Part shown: positions 38,351 through 47,107 of the stretch, in pieces
How positions within the stretch are numbered: position 1 is the first letter of the stretch
Layout of the letters: each line of letters begins with the position of its first letter
IMG/VR virus record: IMGVR_UViG_3300045988_155525
DNA from: a virus
DNA length: 64,000 nt
Direction: 5' to 3' (one strand)
Position numbers and translations under genes: made by a program
The notes under the pieces: model-generated
Database searches by the model: none
Told to the model about the DNA's origin: nothing
What the model saw: only the letters and a program-made list of their open reading frames with translations

Positions 38351-38385
38351 TCCTTCATGGTTTTTTACGATAATTTTTATGGTAG

Positions 38386-38421
38386 CCAGTATATAATCTA
38401 ATTTATATACTGGTTTTTTTT
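38386..38421 (+). terminator. Rho-independent terminator
   Basis: CCAGTATATAA (38386-38396) pairs with TTATATACTGG (38403-38413), followed by T8. Confidence 0.8.
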
Positions 38422-38436
38422 GTCTTAAGACAAAAA

Positions 38437-38583
38437 ATGGAAGAAGTAGATATTCTATTATCAGCAATATGTAATACTTTAGAAAATGAAAAAGATAATG
38501 GGGGAGTGTACCTATATATTAGATATTTCATTAGAAGAGGAAGACTAATTAACAATAGGTGGAAAATAAAGAAAAACCAATAA
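38437..38583 (+). CDS. Small hypothetical protein (48 aa)
   Basis: ATG at 38437 opens MEEVDILLSAICNTLENEKDNGGVYLYIRYF...KKNQ. It fills the gap between a terminator and the next gene and is below the ORF-track cutoff. Confidence 0.3.
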   Translation: MEEVDILLSAICNTLENEKDNGGVYLYIRYFIRRGRLINNRWKIKKNQ

Positions 38584-38595
38584 TACTAGACTTTT

Positions 38596-38961
38596 ATGAA
38601 AAGAAATATAAAACCATATTTCATAAGATTTCAAGATACTTTAAAATATATAGAAGACCTAGATAACAAAATAGCCTTAACTAACTCTCCTGGAAAAAAA
38701 GCCTCATATCTAAAGTTAAAGGCTATGAAGGTTTCAGAGATTAAATCCATAACTAATAAAGTTAATCAAATCATCAATGGTAGTATATTAAAGGTAACAT
38801 TCAAAAATTCTAAAAATGAGATTTGGCAAAGATTGTATACTAATATAACTACTATGGATGTAGTAGACCATTTGGAAATTTTAGGTTTAATTAATCAAGA
38901 AAAATATATCATCCTAGAAATTGAAGAGGTAAATGCCAAGGATAGTTTAATTAAACTATAG
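38596..38961 (+). CDS. Hypothetical protein
   Basis: 121-aa ORF in the early cassette region. Confidence 0.6.
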   Translation: MKRNIKPYFIRFQDTLKYIEDLDNKIALTNSPGKKASYLKLKAMKVSEIKSITNKVNQIINGSILKVTFKNSKNEIWQRLYTNITTMDVVDHLEILGLINQEKYIILEIEEVNAKDSLIKL

Positions 38962-38997
38962 AAACATATAATCATCAACTTTAAAAAAAGAAAAACT

Positions 38998-39564
38998 ATG
39001 GTTACTATTAAAAACACCAAAAGAGAATCCATTAAAAAAGGGATTCAAGCAAACAAAGAATTGGTCAAATATCTTAAGGACAATAACCTTGACCCTACTA
39101 AGGATTGGACTAAGGATAAAAAACATGGTAAAAAAATATCCGAGTTAGTTAGGTTATCTAATTTAGCCGAAAAAAAGGCTGCTGATAAGACTGGTAGTAA
39201 ACCTGATAAACCCAAGAAATTAAAAAAACCCGAAACTAAGCCCAGTGTAAAAAAGGTTACTAAGGCCCCCAACATCTATGATTATCCAGAGGTAGATGGT
39301 CAACCCATGTCCCCTGAACTTAAAAAGAAGTTTAGAACCAAAATGAGGAGCCTTCTTAAATCCAATATGGAACCTAAAACTGCTTCCAAAAAGGCTCTAG
39401 AATTCATTATGGAGGGTATGGATAAGGTAGTTTCTAAAGAGACTACAACTAAAGATAAGGTTAAAGATAAGAAGGAAGTTAAATCTACTAAATCTACAGA
39501 AAAATCCAAAGTGGAAAAGAAAGTAGATAAAAAGATTGGAGATAAGAAGAAGAAAAAGAAATAG
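38998..39564 (+). CDS. Hypothetical Lys-rich protein
   Basis: 188-aa, strongly basic ORF followed by a terminator. Confidence 0.6.
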   Translation: MVTIKNTKRESIKKGIQANKELVKYLKDNNLDPTKDWTKDKKHGKKISELVRLSNLAEKKAADKTGSKPDKPKKLKKPETKPSVKKVTKAPNIYDYPEVDGQPMSPELKKKFRTKMRSLLKSNMEPKTASKKALEFIMEGMDKVVSKETTTKDKVKDKKEVKSTKSTEKSKVEKKVDKKIGDKKKKKK

Positions 39565-39588
39565 ATTATATATTTTCACAGATGATTG

Positions 39589-39635
39589 AGAAGGTATTGG
39601 GGTTTTTAAAAAGACTTTAATACCTTCTTTTTTTA
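39589..39635 (+). terminator. Rho-independent terminator
   Basis: AGAAGGTATT (39589-39598) pairs with AATACCTTCT (39619-39628), followed by TTTTTTT. Confidence 0.75.
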
Positions 39636-39690
39636 TTCCTATCTCAAGTACGTACAGAAAAGACTTAAGAAAAACATATTATTATTTAAA

Positions 39691-39725
39691 GAAAAATTAT
39701 TTATATATTTGCATAAACAAAAAGA
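39691..39725 (+). promoter_or_regulatory. Conserved phage promoter copy, variant A
   Basis: GAAAAATTATTTATATATTTGCATAAACAAAAAG with the -7 box at 39704-39711. The ATG at 39727 follows closely, giving a very short leader. Confidence 0.6.
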
Positions 39726-39726
39726 A

Positions 39727-40191
39727 ATGGGAGAATTGGGATTTATAACCAAAGTTAACTACATCAAAAAACCACTCTCTATGTATGAAATATTAGATAT
39801 GGTTTTATCAGTTAATATAGAAGCTATTGAGGAAACTTTAAGAGAAGGTTCAGTAGATAAATGGGGTTTTCTTTTAGAAAATTATCAAAGTTCTATTGAT
39901 GAAGTAAAGAATAATGCCAATAGGATTAAAGGGGTTTATATGGATATAAGGGATGATATTCAAGGTAATAATTATTTAAATATTACTAAAGCTTTGAGTA
40001 ACATCCCTTTAAAATGGTTAAACACTTTAAAATACACCTTATATCTAATAGAACCAGACCTTTTGTTTCAAAAATCTCATTCAGGAGTTTGGGATTTGTG
40101 GGATTTGTTCTTTTCTGTAGAAGAGAATTCAGGTATGAATTATGTTAAACCTTTAAATATCAAAAAAGTATGGGCAACGAGATTAAAATAG
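39727..40191 (+). CDS. Hypothetical protein
   Basis: The track start TTG 39709 lies inside the promoter core, so ATG 39727 (MGELGFITK) is preferred. Confidence 0.6.
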   Translation: MGELGFITKVNYIKKPLSMYEILDMVLSVNIEAIEETLREGSVDKWGFLLENYQSSIDEVKNNANRIKGVYMDIRDDIQGNNYLNITKALSNIPLKWLNTLKYTLYLIEPDLLFQKSHSGVWDLWDLFFSVEENSGMNYVKPLNIKKVWATRLK

Positions 40192-40424
40192 AAGGTGACC
40201 TCCAGACTATCGATATCGATAATTCTAGTAGGATTAACAGGATAGGGTATTTAGCAAAGAAACAGGAATTGTATATAACTTTTTCAAAAGGAACCATATA
40301 TAAATACTTTGATGTACCAGTTGAAGTATTTATGGATTTTGTAGAAACATATAAAAAAGGAGAATCTGTAGGAAAATATTTTGAAAAACATATAAGGTTT
40401 GAATATGATTTTCAGAAAATATAA
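40170..40424 (+). CDS. KTSC-domain protein
   Basis: SSRINRIGYLAKKQELYITFSKGTIYKYFDVPVEVFMDFVETYKKGESVGKYFEKHIR fits the KTSC pattern: S..i..vgY......L.v.F..G..Y.Y.dVP..v...l....S.G.yf...Ir. Confidence 0.6.
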   Translation: MGNEIKIEGDLQTIDIDNSSRINRIGYLAKKQELYITFSKGTIYKYFDVPVEVFMDFVETYKKGESVGKYFEKHIRFEYDFQKI

Positions 40425-40438
40425 ATACAATTAATGGT

Positions 40439-40822
40439 ATGATAAAAGAAGTATTTAGAATAGCCACAAAAATTTTATATGCCATAGTTGGCACTTGGCT
40501 TTTTTTCTTTATACTAACACAAATTAGTGATTGTACTAACCAAAAAGAAAAACCAGTAGGTTCCTATTGGACCAATATTGATGAAGATAGGCCATTAACA
40601 GATATAAAGCATTTTAATATCCAAGAAAAGACGGTAGAATATAGGGAACCTAACCTTCATAGAAATATTCCAAGTTATATGGGTAGTAATAATGAGGGTG
40701 GGGTAATTATAACCTCTGGAAACGTAACTATAAAAACTGATTTAAGTGCTGAAGAAATCATAGAACAATTGGATATAGAGTATGAAGATATCATGGATTA
40801 TATGGGTTCAGAATTAAGGTAA
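40439..40822 (+). CDS. Hypothetical membrane-anchored protein
   Basis: 127 aa with the N-terminal hydrophobic helix ILYAIVGTWLFFFILTQI. Confidence 0.6.
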   Translation: MIKEVFRIATKILYAIVGTWLFFFILTQISDCTNQKEKPVGSYWTNIDEDRPLTDIKHFNIQEKTVEYREPNLHRNIPSYMGSNNEGGVIITSGNVTIKTDLSAEEIIEQLDIEYEDIMDYMGSELR

Positions 40823-40828
40823 TTAGAT

Positions 40829-41239
40829 ATGAGTAAAGATATAAACAGTATAGAATTTTCTGACAGAGAGCAATTAATTACTAACCTTATCTTCAGATTA
40901 GCCGATGTATTATATATAATACTGGATGATAATTTGAAAGAGATGCACAAAAAAGGCTTGGATTTAAGACATGAAGCAAAATACAGATTTAAAAAGGTTA
41001 TAGAAACTTCTGAGGCTTCTAAAAAAGCTTATCTTACATTCACTAAAGATATCCAAGGATTAAACGATTCTCAAATAGAACAATTTATCATAGATTCCAA
41101 CATACTGAGGCAATTTATATTGCTACTATCTGATAGGATAGTAGGTAATAAAAAAAATATACAATTAGCTTGGGACTACCTTTTTTCTTTACCTTCCAAT
41201 AATATTCTAAACATTAATAAAGACGACATAGAGTTATGA
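40829..41239 (+). CDS. Hypothetical protein
   Basis: 136-aa ORF with a 4-nt overlap with the next gene. Confidence 0.6.
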   Translation: MSKDINSIEFSDREQLITNLIFRLADVLYIILDDNLKEMHKKGLDLRHEAKYRFKKVIETSEASKKAYLTFTKDIQGLNDSQIEQFIIDSNILRQFILLLSDRIVGNKKNIQLAWDYLFSLPSNNILNINKDDIEL

Positions 41240-41574
41240 AAATCATATATAATAAATGGTTTCCTTTTAATGGTTATTCCACTATCAATTTATTTGGTAT
41301 TATAATTACTAAAGAGAAAAAACCTATTAACAGAATTACCTTAAACCACGAATTAATCCATACCGCTCAAATGAAAGAAATGCTATACATCTTCTTTTAT
41401 CTATGGTATGGGGTAGAATATATTATTGTTAGATTTTTTCATAAAAAACAAGTAGATGCTTATAGAGATGTAAGCTTTGAAGAAGAGGCTGCTAAAAACG
41501 AAGATAATTTGGATTATCTTACCAATAGAAAACACTATTCATGGTTCAAATTTACCAAAATAAACAAATTATGA
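41236..41574 (+). CDS. Hypothetical protein with HExxH motif (possible small metallopeptidase)
   Basis: 112 aa containing LNHELIHTAQ. The motif is the only evidence. Confidence 0.3.
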   Translation: MKIIYNKWFPFNGYSTINLFGIIITKEKKPINRITLNHELIHTAQMKEMLYIFFYLWYGVEYIIVRFFHKKQVDAYRDVSFEEEAAKNEDNLDYLTNRKHYSWFKFTKINKL

Positions 41575-41993
41575 AAAAGGTTATATTATTTGTGATGCTA
41601 TTATTGATGAGTCAAAACATCACACCTAATAACAGGTATCAGGATTTTAACAAATACCTAGAGGATTACAAAACCCAGCTACAAAATGAAAATTGGGAAA
41701 GGTTCCTTAAAGCCTTAATATTAGTAGAATCAAATGGTAACCCAAAAGCTATAGGTAAAACAAATGATGTGGGTATATTACAAATAACCCCCATATATGT
41801 AAAAGAAGCCAACAGACTATCTGGAAAAAATTTCACTTTGGATGATAGGTATTCTGTAGAAAAATCTTTAGAAATGTTCTCTATCATCCAAAACCATTAC
41901 AATCCAGATAAGGATATATATATGGCTATAAAATTACATAACCCAAAAGCTGGGGATTGGTATAAGAATAGGATACTTTCATTTATGAAATAG
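41571..41993 (+). CDS. Secreted lytic transglycosylase (SLT domain)
   Basis: Signal-peptide-like MKKVILFVMLLLMS, then LILVESNGNPKAIGKTNDVGILQITPIY, which matches the SLT catalytic Glu-Ser and GLMQ-like motifs. ATG 41571 overlaps the upstream stop. Confidence 0.7.
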   Translation: MKKVILFVMLLLMSQNITPNNRYQDFNKYLEDYKTQLQNENWERFLKALILVESNGNPKAIGKTNDVGILQITPIYVKEANRLSGKNFTLDDRYSVEKSLEMFSIIQNHYNPDKDIYMAIKLHNPKAGDWYKNRILSFMK

Positions 41994-41995
41994 GT

Positions 41996-42178
41996 ATGAG
42001 TATTATAGAATTTAAGGATGCTTGTAAAATCCATAGAGAACTTTGCCCTTATAAATCTACTCCAATGACTACTTGTGGTAAAGGTATAAGAATACAAGAT
42101 GGAAAATGCCCCAAGGATGAAGAAGAATGTTATTATATGAAGGCTTTTAAAGAAGCTTTAAGGAAGGTGGCCAAATAA
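41996..42178 (+). CDS. Small Cys-containing hypothetical protein
   Basis: 60-aa ORF, 2-nt spacing from the upstream gene. Confidence 0.5.
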   Translation: MSIIEFKDACKIHRELCPYKSTPMTTCGKGIRIQDGKCPKDEEECYYMKAFKEALRKVAK

Positions 42179-42198
42179 AAATAACCTTACCTCAGTGA

Positions 42199-42326
42199 TT
42201 ACACTAGAAACAAATTATAAAACTTCCTTTTTGTAAGAAAAATTATTAATATATTTGCAATGTAAACCAAAAAGGAAATTTAATATTAATCACTAAACCT
42301 CTTTAAAAATCTTTTTATTATGGAAA
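42199..42326 (+). repeat. Direct repeat, left copy (gene 3' fragment-like + promoter variant B + leader + ATGGAAA)
   Basis: Positions 42199-42247 are identical over 49 nt to 42748-42796. The remainder is homologous to the right copy, with promoter-variant differences and a 9-nt leader insertion. Confidence 0.9.
42240..42270 (+). promoter_or_regulatory. Conserved phage promoter copy, variant B
   Basis: AAATTATTAATATATTTGCAATGTAAACCAA with the -7 box at 42250-42257. Confidence 0.6.
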
Positions 42327-42769
42327 CGAATGCAACCAAGTTAAATGTATCCTTACCCAAAGTTAAATACATGGATATGGCAATGAATGCTCTTTTCACG
42401 GGACAATCCTTTGCCTTCTGTTTAATAGAAGATTTACTGGATTATGGAGAAATGAAATTGGAGGAGTTAAGAGGTAAACTATCTGTTACCCAGATATTTA
42501 CAGATACTTCAGATAGAGAAGTATTTTTGCAATGGTCTGACTATAAGTTTAGATTTTCTAGAAGTGGTGGTATAGATGATAATTTGGTACATTCCATGGA
42601 AGACGTAATTCTTGCTTCATTATCTGAATATGAAGAGGGTATAAATGAAGTATTATCGCTCAAGGTGCCACTTAGTATACCTCTTAACCCTAATATTCAT
42701 TACCACAACAGTAATGAGATATCATTCACCATACTTCTCCCTAATAGTTACACTAGAAACAAATTATAA
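42320..42769 (+). CDS. Hypothetical acidic protein flanked by direct repeats
   Basis: 149-aa ORF whose last 8 codons lie inside the right-hand repeat copy. Confidence 0.6.
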   Translation: METNATKLNVSLPKVKYMDMAMNALFTGQSFAFCLIEDLLDYGEMKLEELRGKLSVTQIFTDTSDREVFLQWSDYKFRFSRSGGIDDNLVHSMEDVILASLSEYEEGINEVLSLKVPLSIPLNPNIHYHNSNEISFTILLPNSYTRNKL

Positions 42770-42859
42770 AACTTCCTTTTTGTAAGAAAAATTATTTATA
42801 TATTTGCATAAACAAAAGGGAATTTAATTAATCACTAAACCTCTTTAAAATTATGGAAA
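42748..42859 (+). repeat. Direct repeat, right copy (promoter variant A + leader + ATGGAAA)
   Basis: See the left copy. Positions 42786-42859 are also near-identical to 45834-45907. Confidence 0.9.
42786..42820 (+). promoter_or_regulatory. Conserved phage promoter copy, variant A
   Basis: GAAAAATTATTTATATATTTGCATAAACAAAAGGG with the -7 box at 42799-42806. Confidence 0.65.
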
Positions 42860-43239
42860 ATGCAAATGTAAAGGCAAATGAAACTAAGGTAGTTAAGGTT
42901 GCCAAGGTAAAAAAACAGAGTAAACCTATTACCAAGGGTAATGAATCTAAAAAGGTAATTCCTAATAAAGAAAAAGTAGTTGCCAAGGTAAAAAAACAGG
43001 CCGAAGTAAATCTTATCCAGGAAGTAATAACCAAAAGGGAAGTTAAATACATATATCCTGAAGGATGTGATAACACCTTGGATAGGAAAAAACATAGGCA
43101 GTCAGTAAGAAATACCCTCCACCGATTGGAGTTGGAAATGCACAGAATAGAAGATAAGTCTTCTAAGGAGTTTAAAGCAAAAGAAAAAGAATATAAGGCC
43201 TTTAGAGCCAAGAATCTTAAGGAGGGGGCCGTTGCATAA
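42853..43239 (+). CDS. Hypothetical basic protein
   Basis: 128-aa Lys-rich ORF bracketed by a promoter copy and a hairpin. Confidence 0.65.
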   Translation: MENANVKANETKVVKVAKVKKQSKPITKGNESKKVIPNKEKVVAKVKKQAEVNLIQEVITKREVKYIYPEGCDNTLDRKKHRQSVRNTLHRLELEMHRIEDKSSKEFKAKEKEYKAFRAKNLKEGAVA

Positions 43240-43252
43240 TTATAGGTAGAAG

Positions 43253-43300
43253 AGGAAAAAGGGATAATATGGTAAATCTTTATACCACTCCCTTTTTCCT
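43253..43300 (+). terminator. Hairpin, putative terminator
   Basis: AGGAAAAAGGGA (43253-43264) pairs with TCCCTTTTTCCT (43289-43300). There is no separate downstream T tract. Confidence 0.5.
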
Positions 43301-43333
43301 TAATTAATCATTTATTTAATAACCAAATGGATT

Positions 43334-43591
43334 ATGTATGGCTTACCAAAGAGTGTAATTATAAAAACCAAGAAAGAGTTATTAGAGTTACACAAAAGAT
43401 GTATAGTAAGTTATTTAACCTCAAGAGGTTTAAAGCATAGTAAACAAAAACAATTCTTTAAGGTATATGATGTATATGTTTCTTATAAAAACATAGATAA
43501 TTACTTTCATAGACCTATAAAATTGTTTGTATATGCTTTAATTACTGATAGGTTAAAAGAGATAACTTATTATGTTACAAAAAAAAAATAA
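43334..43591 (+). CDS. Hypothetical protein
   Basis: 85-aa ORF. Confidence 0.55.
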   Translation: MYGLPKSVIIKTKKELLELHKRCIVSYLTSRGLKHSKQKQFFKVYDVYVSYKNIDNYFHRPIKLFVYALITDRLKEITYYVTKKK

Positions 43592-43598
43592 ATAATAT

Positions 43599-44033
43599 AT
43601 GTATCCAGAATTAGTTAAAAATCTACCCATTAAAAAAGATATCCTAAGTATGAACCTATATCAAGTTGATGAAACCTTTGATATAGTAAATACACGTTCA
43701 TTAGAGGAAGAGGATGTTTTAGTAGAAGATATATTTGAACCATTATCTAATACTCATGCACCATATTTACCAGATTATGCTGTTTTAGGATATTTTAAAC
43801 ATGAGAATAGGTATATGGAAAGGTCATTTTATATAGACCAGGGTGGGGATAGTATATTATATATCACTGGGGTACCAAAAAGAACAGTAAAAAAGGATTT
43901 GACATCAAATGTAGATAAGAAATTTAGGTTTTCCGAAAATATCCTAAAATGGGTATCATATTGGGAAGATAATAAAGTAGGGTATTTATTTCAAGTAATT
44001 TCAAAAAAAATTAAAGGTTATGAAAACTTCTGA
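43599..44033 (+). CDS. Hypothetical protein
   Basis: 144-aa ORF. Confidence 0.6.
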   Translation: MYPELVKNLPIKKDILSMNLYQVDETFDIVNTRSLEEEDVLVEDIFEPLSNTHAPYLPDYAVLGYFKHENRYMERSFYIDQGGDSILYITGVPKRTVKKDLTSNVDKKFRFSENILKWVSYWEDNKVGYLFQVISKKIKGYENF

Positions 44034-44451
44034 TTACATTAAGAAATTTAATTTGGACCAAGAGGATGGGAATTTCAATAAAGAAGAATTCCTTAAAGAT
44101 TTAGAAAAAGAATTTCTAGAGAGAATCCAAATTACCAAAATTGCTAGAGAATCTACTGCCTATAATTTTAGGTACCATGACTTTCAAATTTTGGTAAAGG
44201 AATTGCAGGATAAATTCTGGGCTATTTCTAATAAGAAAAAAGGTAAACCTTTTTCTGATGGCTTTTTCTCAGCAATGTATGCTATAGTTATAGTTAAGGC
44301 CAGAGAAAAGTATTTCCCTGAAGAACAGGAAAGAATTACTCAGAATAGAATAAAAAAACAGATGATAGAAGCAAAGAAAAAGGAAATTATGGAATGTACT
44401 GGCCATTCCCATCCATTTATGGGAAGGTTCCCATATGAGGAAGAATTTTAA
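44020..44451 (+). CDS. Hypothetical protein
   Basis: 143-aa ORF overlapping the upstream gene by 14 nt. Confidence 0.6.
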   Translation: MKTSDYIKKFNLDQEDGNFNKEEFLKDLEKEFLERIQITKIARESTAYNFRYHDFQILVKELQDKFWAISNKKKGKPFSDGFFSAMYAIVIVKAREKYFPEEQERITQNRIKKQMIEAKKKEIMECTGHSHPFMGRFPYEEEF

Positions 44452-44482
44452 TCTGCTTAAAAAAAATTCAGGGGTTAAACTA

Positions 44483-44518
44483 AGGTACCTTAAAAAACGA
44501 GACTCTTTTAAGGTACCT
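44483..44518. promoter_or_regulatory. GGTACC-core hairpin a
   Basis: AGGTACCTTAAAA (44483-44495) pairs with TTTTAAGGTACCT (44506-44518), a 13-bp stem with a 10-nt loop. Each arm contains the palindrome AGGTACCT. Confidence 0.6.
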
Positions 44519-44534
44519 ATAAATTAATAAAGGT

Positions 44535-44777
44535 ATGTTAGAATTAATTGATTTTCTAAGGTCATATGATAAAAGTAGTGGTAAACTATCCATTACATAT
44601 AATACTAAGAAGATTGAAATTAGGTGGGATTTTGAAGAACCAGACCAAATATCTACAATTAAAGAAGATATTGATTCCCTTATAGAAGGCCTTCAAGAAC
44701 AAGTAGAAAATGAGGATATAGATAATTATAAAGTTCTAGAAAATAATGGGTATGTTTATATTGTAGTATACCTTTAG
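44535..44777 (+). CDS. Hypothetical acidic protein
   Basis: 80-aa ORF followed by a terminator. Confidence 0.55.
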   Translation: MLELIDFLRSYDKSSGKLSITYNTKKIEIRWDFEEPDQISTIKEDIDSLIEGLQEQVENEDIDNYKVLENNGYVYIVVYL

Positions 44778-44820
44778 GGTAATAAACTTATAACTCATTA
44801 TAATTTAGGACTAAAAAAGA

Positions 44821-44850
44821 AAAAGGGGAGGAGACATCTTCCCCTTTTTT
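44821..44850 (+). terminator. Rho-independent terminator
   Basis: AAAAGGGGA (44821-44829) pairs with TCCCCTTTT (44840-44848) and runs into a T tract. Confidence 0.7.
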
Positions 44851-44897
44851 AAAGTTAAATGAATTCATCTAACTATATAACTTCAAAGTATGATTAA

Positions 44898-45749
44898 ATG
44901 AATAATTCTATGGATAATAAAATTAGGTTTCCAAGACCACTCGGTATAACTCAATTAATGGTAGAATATCATGGTAATAACGATATATCATTATTAGATA
45001 AGGTAAAAACATACATAATACAACAGTGGTTAATATCTAATGGAACTATTTGTGGTAAAAGTTATTCTATATTAGAGTTGAGTTCTTTTATAGGCTGTGA
45101 CCCAGAACTTATAAGGACCCATATGAAAGAACAGGTTTTATCCACTAAGATTTGGGATAAGGAAAATCAAGAAGAGTTAGTTAATTCAATGGTGGGTCAA
45201 ATGGTAGTCTGGGCCTTAGAAGATAGGATGGAAGTTAATCAACAAGTAAATGTTCTAAGGAACTCACAAGGTAATAGCTATAGACCATATATAAGTGCAG
45301 AATTAAATAAAGCCTTAGACTTAAAACTAAAATCCTCTTCTAGTTTACAATCCATAGTATCTAAACTAAGTGGTAGTGGCTCAGTAAATATATTTAATCA
45401 ATACAACCAACAAAATAACCAAATCAATCAGGGGGTAAATGTAGAAGAAGCCATACAAATAATCCAACAAGAGAACTCTAAACTTATAGATACTACTAAA
45501 GAGGTAATGTATATAGAAGCCAATTATCCTACTGAAGAATTCCCTGAAGTAGTAGCAACTAAACAAACTGGAATAGATACATCTAAAGAGGGTCTTACTA
45601 TAAGTAAAGGTGAATTAAACAGTATAGTAGATAACTATACTTTCACTAAAAATGAATTTGAAAAAGAGCATCACAATATAAGAAGAGAAATAGAATTGGG
45701 GATAGATATGGAGGAAGAAGACCCAGAATTATCCATCTATCCTTCTTAA
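44898..45749 (+). CDS. Hypothetical protein (Gln/Asn-rich centre)
   Basis: 283-aa ORF followed by a terminator. Confidence 0.65.
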   Translation: MNNSMDNKIRFPRPLGITQLMVEYHGNNDISLLDKVKTYIIQQWLISNGTICGKSYSILELSSFIGCDPELIRTHMKEQVLSTKIWDKENQEELVNSMVGQMVVWALEDRMEVNQQVNVLRNSQGNSYRPYISAELNKALDLKLKSSSSLQSIVSKLSGSGSVNIFNQYNQQNNQINQGVNVEEAIQIIQQENSKLIDTTKEVMYIEANYPTEEFPEVVATKQTGIDTSKEGLTISKGELNSIVDNYTFTKNEFEKEHHNIRREIELGIDMEEEDPELSIYPS

Positions 45750-45774
45750 ATCTTTCCCCTAATTCAATAATAAC

Positions 45775-45812
45775 AGAGGTCTAACATAGTTACAGACCTC
45801 TTATTTTTTTTT
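45775..45812 (+). terminator. Rho-independent terminator
   Basis: AGAGGTCT (45775-45782) pairs with AGACCTCT (45794-45801), followed by TATTTTTTTTT. Confidence 0.75.
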
Positions 45813-45833
45813 GTGTTATCTCATAAAAAGAAA

Positions 45834-45868
45834 GAAAAATTATTTATATATTTGCATAAACAAAAGGG
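45834..45868 (+). promoter_or_regulatory. Conserved phage promoter copy, variant A
   Basis: Identical to the 42786 copy, with the -7 box at 45847-45854. The identical leader continues to ATGGAAA at 45901. Confidence 0.65.
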
Positions 45869-45900
45869 AATTTAATTAATCACTAAACCTCTTTAAAATT

Positions 45901-46623
45901 ATGGAAACTGTATTCACTCAAACACATTCTCTCATCCAATATGATGGTAATACCTACATTGCAGAAAGAGGATTATATAATCTGATAAGTAAACTCTCTT
46001 CAGATTTTTATATACCAAATTACAAATTATTTAGCAAAGTTCATAGTATATACATAAAAGAACCTTGGTTGTATGACAATAAAACAGGGTATTATATATT
46101 GTATGCTAAAACAATATATGAAGCATTAGAAATGGCACCCAACACCAATAGTAGGGTGGAAATCAACGAGGGTTCCATTTTGGAAATCCCAGGACGTGTA
46201 TACAATATATGGGATGTATATCATGAATATATATCTCCATTATGTGAACCACTTGATACTCTAGAATTTGAAGATTATACATCATACCACCAGTATGTTG
46301 AATCTCAAGTATGGGATTATGTTGTATCTAAAGTATTACCTCTGTTTCCAAATAGAGAGGATATACTGAAAGATACCAATAAGATACTCACTACCTATAT
46401 GAGATTTCTATGGGCAGGGAAATTCTTTTCATCAAACATGTTCATAGAAAGAGGTAGGGATAATTTGGATATACAGAGATTCTATTATGAGACATTTGAA
46501 AATGAATACTATGGATTAGTAGATGAATTTCTAGTTAGCATATTGCTCGGAAAAGACCTCATACCCCAGGTAGAAATCTCAAAATTAAAAGAGATAGTAG
46601 AAGATATAGAATTTGATATGTAA
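45901..46623 (+). CDS. Hypothetical protein
   Basis: 240-aa ORF downstream of a promoter copy. Confidence 0.65.
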   Translation: METVFTQTHSLIQYDGNTYIAERGLYNLISKLSSDFYIPNYKLFSKVHSIYIKEPWLYDNKTGYYILYAKTIYEALEMAPNTNSRVEINEGSILEIPGRVYNIWDVYHEYISPLCEPLDTLEFEDYTSYHQYVESQVWDYVVSKVLPLFPNREDILKDTNKILTTYMRFLWAGKFFSSNMFIERGRDNLDIQRFYYETFENEYYGLVDEFLVSILLGKDLIPQVEISKLKEIVEDIEFDM

Positions 46624-46626
46624 AAG

Positions 46627-46965
46627 ATGAGAATATATAACAAAGGGGAAATACCCCCTACTACCTACAAAAGTTTAAAGAACCTTATAACTGACTTTAA
46701 ACCATGGTTCAATCAAATATCTAACAGAATATGTGTACCTATTACTCAAATAAGAGTAATAGGTACTTCACAATTCGAATTAGTATTTGCTATGTTAGAT
46801 TTTAATGCTTACCAAAAAAGATTAGAATCTGATATCCCTCTAAATAAGATATCTAGTTTCATTGAACAAGAATTGGATGAACTATCAGAACATACCATTA
46901 AAATGGTTAAATTCTATTCCCCAAATATAAACCAATTTATTGTAACATGTAACATAACCATATAG
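46627..46965 (+). CDS. Hypothetical protein
   Basis: 112-aa ORF with 3-nt spacing. Confidence 0.6.
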   Translation: MRIYNKGEIPPTTYKSLKNLITDFKPWFNQISNRICVPITQIRVIGTSQFELVFAMLDFNAYQKRLESDIPLNKISSFIEQELDELSEHTIKMVKFYSPNINQFIVTCNITI

Positions 46966-47010
46966 AGCACCATAAAAACCAATATTAATCATTAGAGTAA
47001 ATATAATCAT

Positions 47011-47040
47011 TAATAATTATATTTGCATAAACAAAAAGGA
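47011..47040 (+). promoter_or_regulatory. Conserved phage promoter copy (shorter)
   Basis: TAATAATTATATTTGCATAAACAAAAAGGA with the -7 box at 47018-47025. Confidence 0.55.
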
Positions 47041-47107
47041 AAGAAAAAATGAGATTAAATAAGAGGGTGTATCTAACAACAAACAAACATTAAAAAAATT
47101 CAGTACT

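Noticed and set aside
36890-39579. Antisense ORFs 36890-37123, 37141-37341, 37886-38083, 38099-38467, 39045-39275, 39300-39509 and 39397-39579
   Set aside because: They oppose promoter/terminator-bracketed + strand genes. ORF 38099-38467 would run through a strong + strand terminator. The sequences are Leu/Phe/Ser-rich mirror images of Lys/Glu-rich genes.
39709-39726. TTG start at 39709 for the ORF 39709-40191 (and similarly TTG 32952, GTG 20450, ATG 7165, ATG 36444, ATG 41541)
   Set aside because: These upstream starts fall inside a promoter core or overlap the preceding gene extensively. Internal ATGs with compact or overlapping junctions (39727, 32988, 20453, 7183, 36537, 41571) are more plausible. 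They remain unverified.
42821-42852. The shared leader ATCACTAAACCTCTTTAAAA resembles the 3' end of 16S rRNA (GATCACCTCCTTTCT), i.e. an anti-SD mimic
   Set aside because: The match is interrupted (ATCAC-TAAA-CCTC-TTT) and short. In T/C/A-rich leaders such similarity is easily accidental, and no mechanism is implied by the sequence alone.
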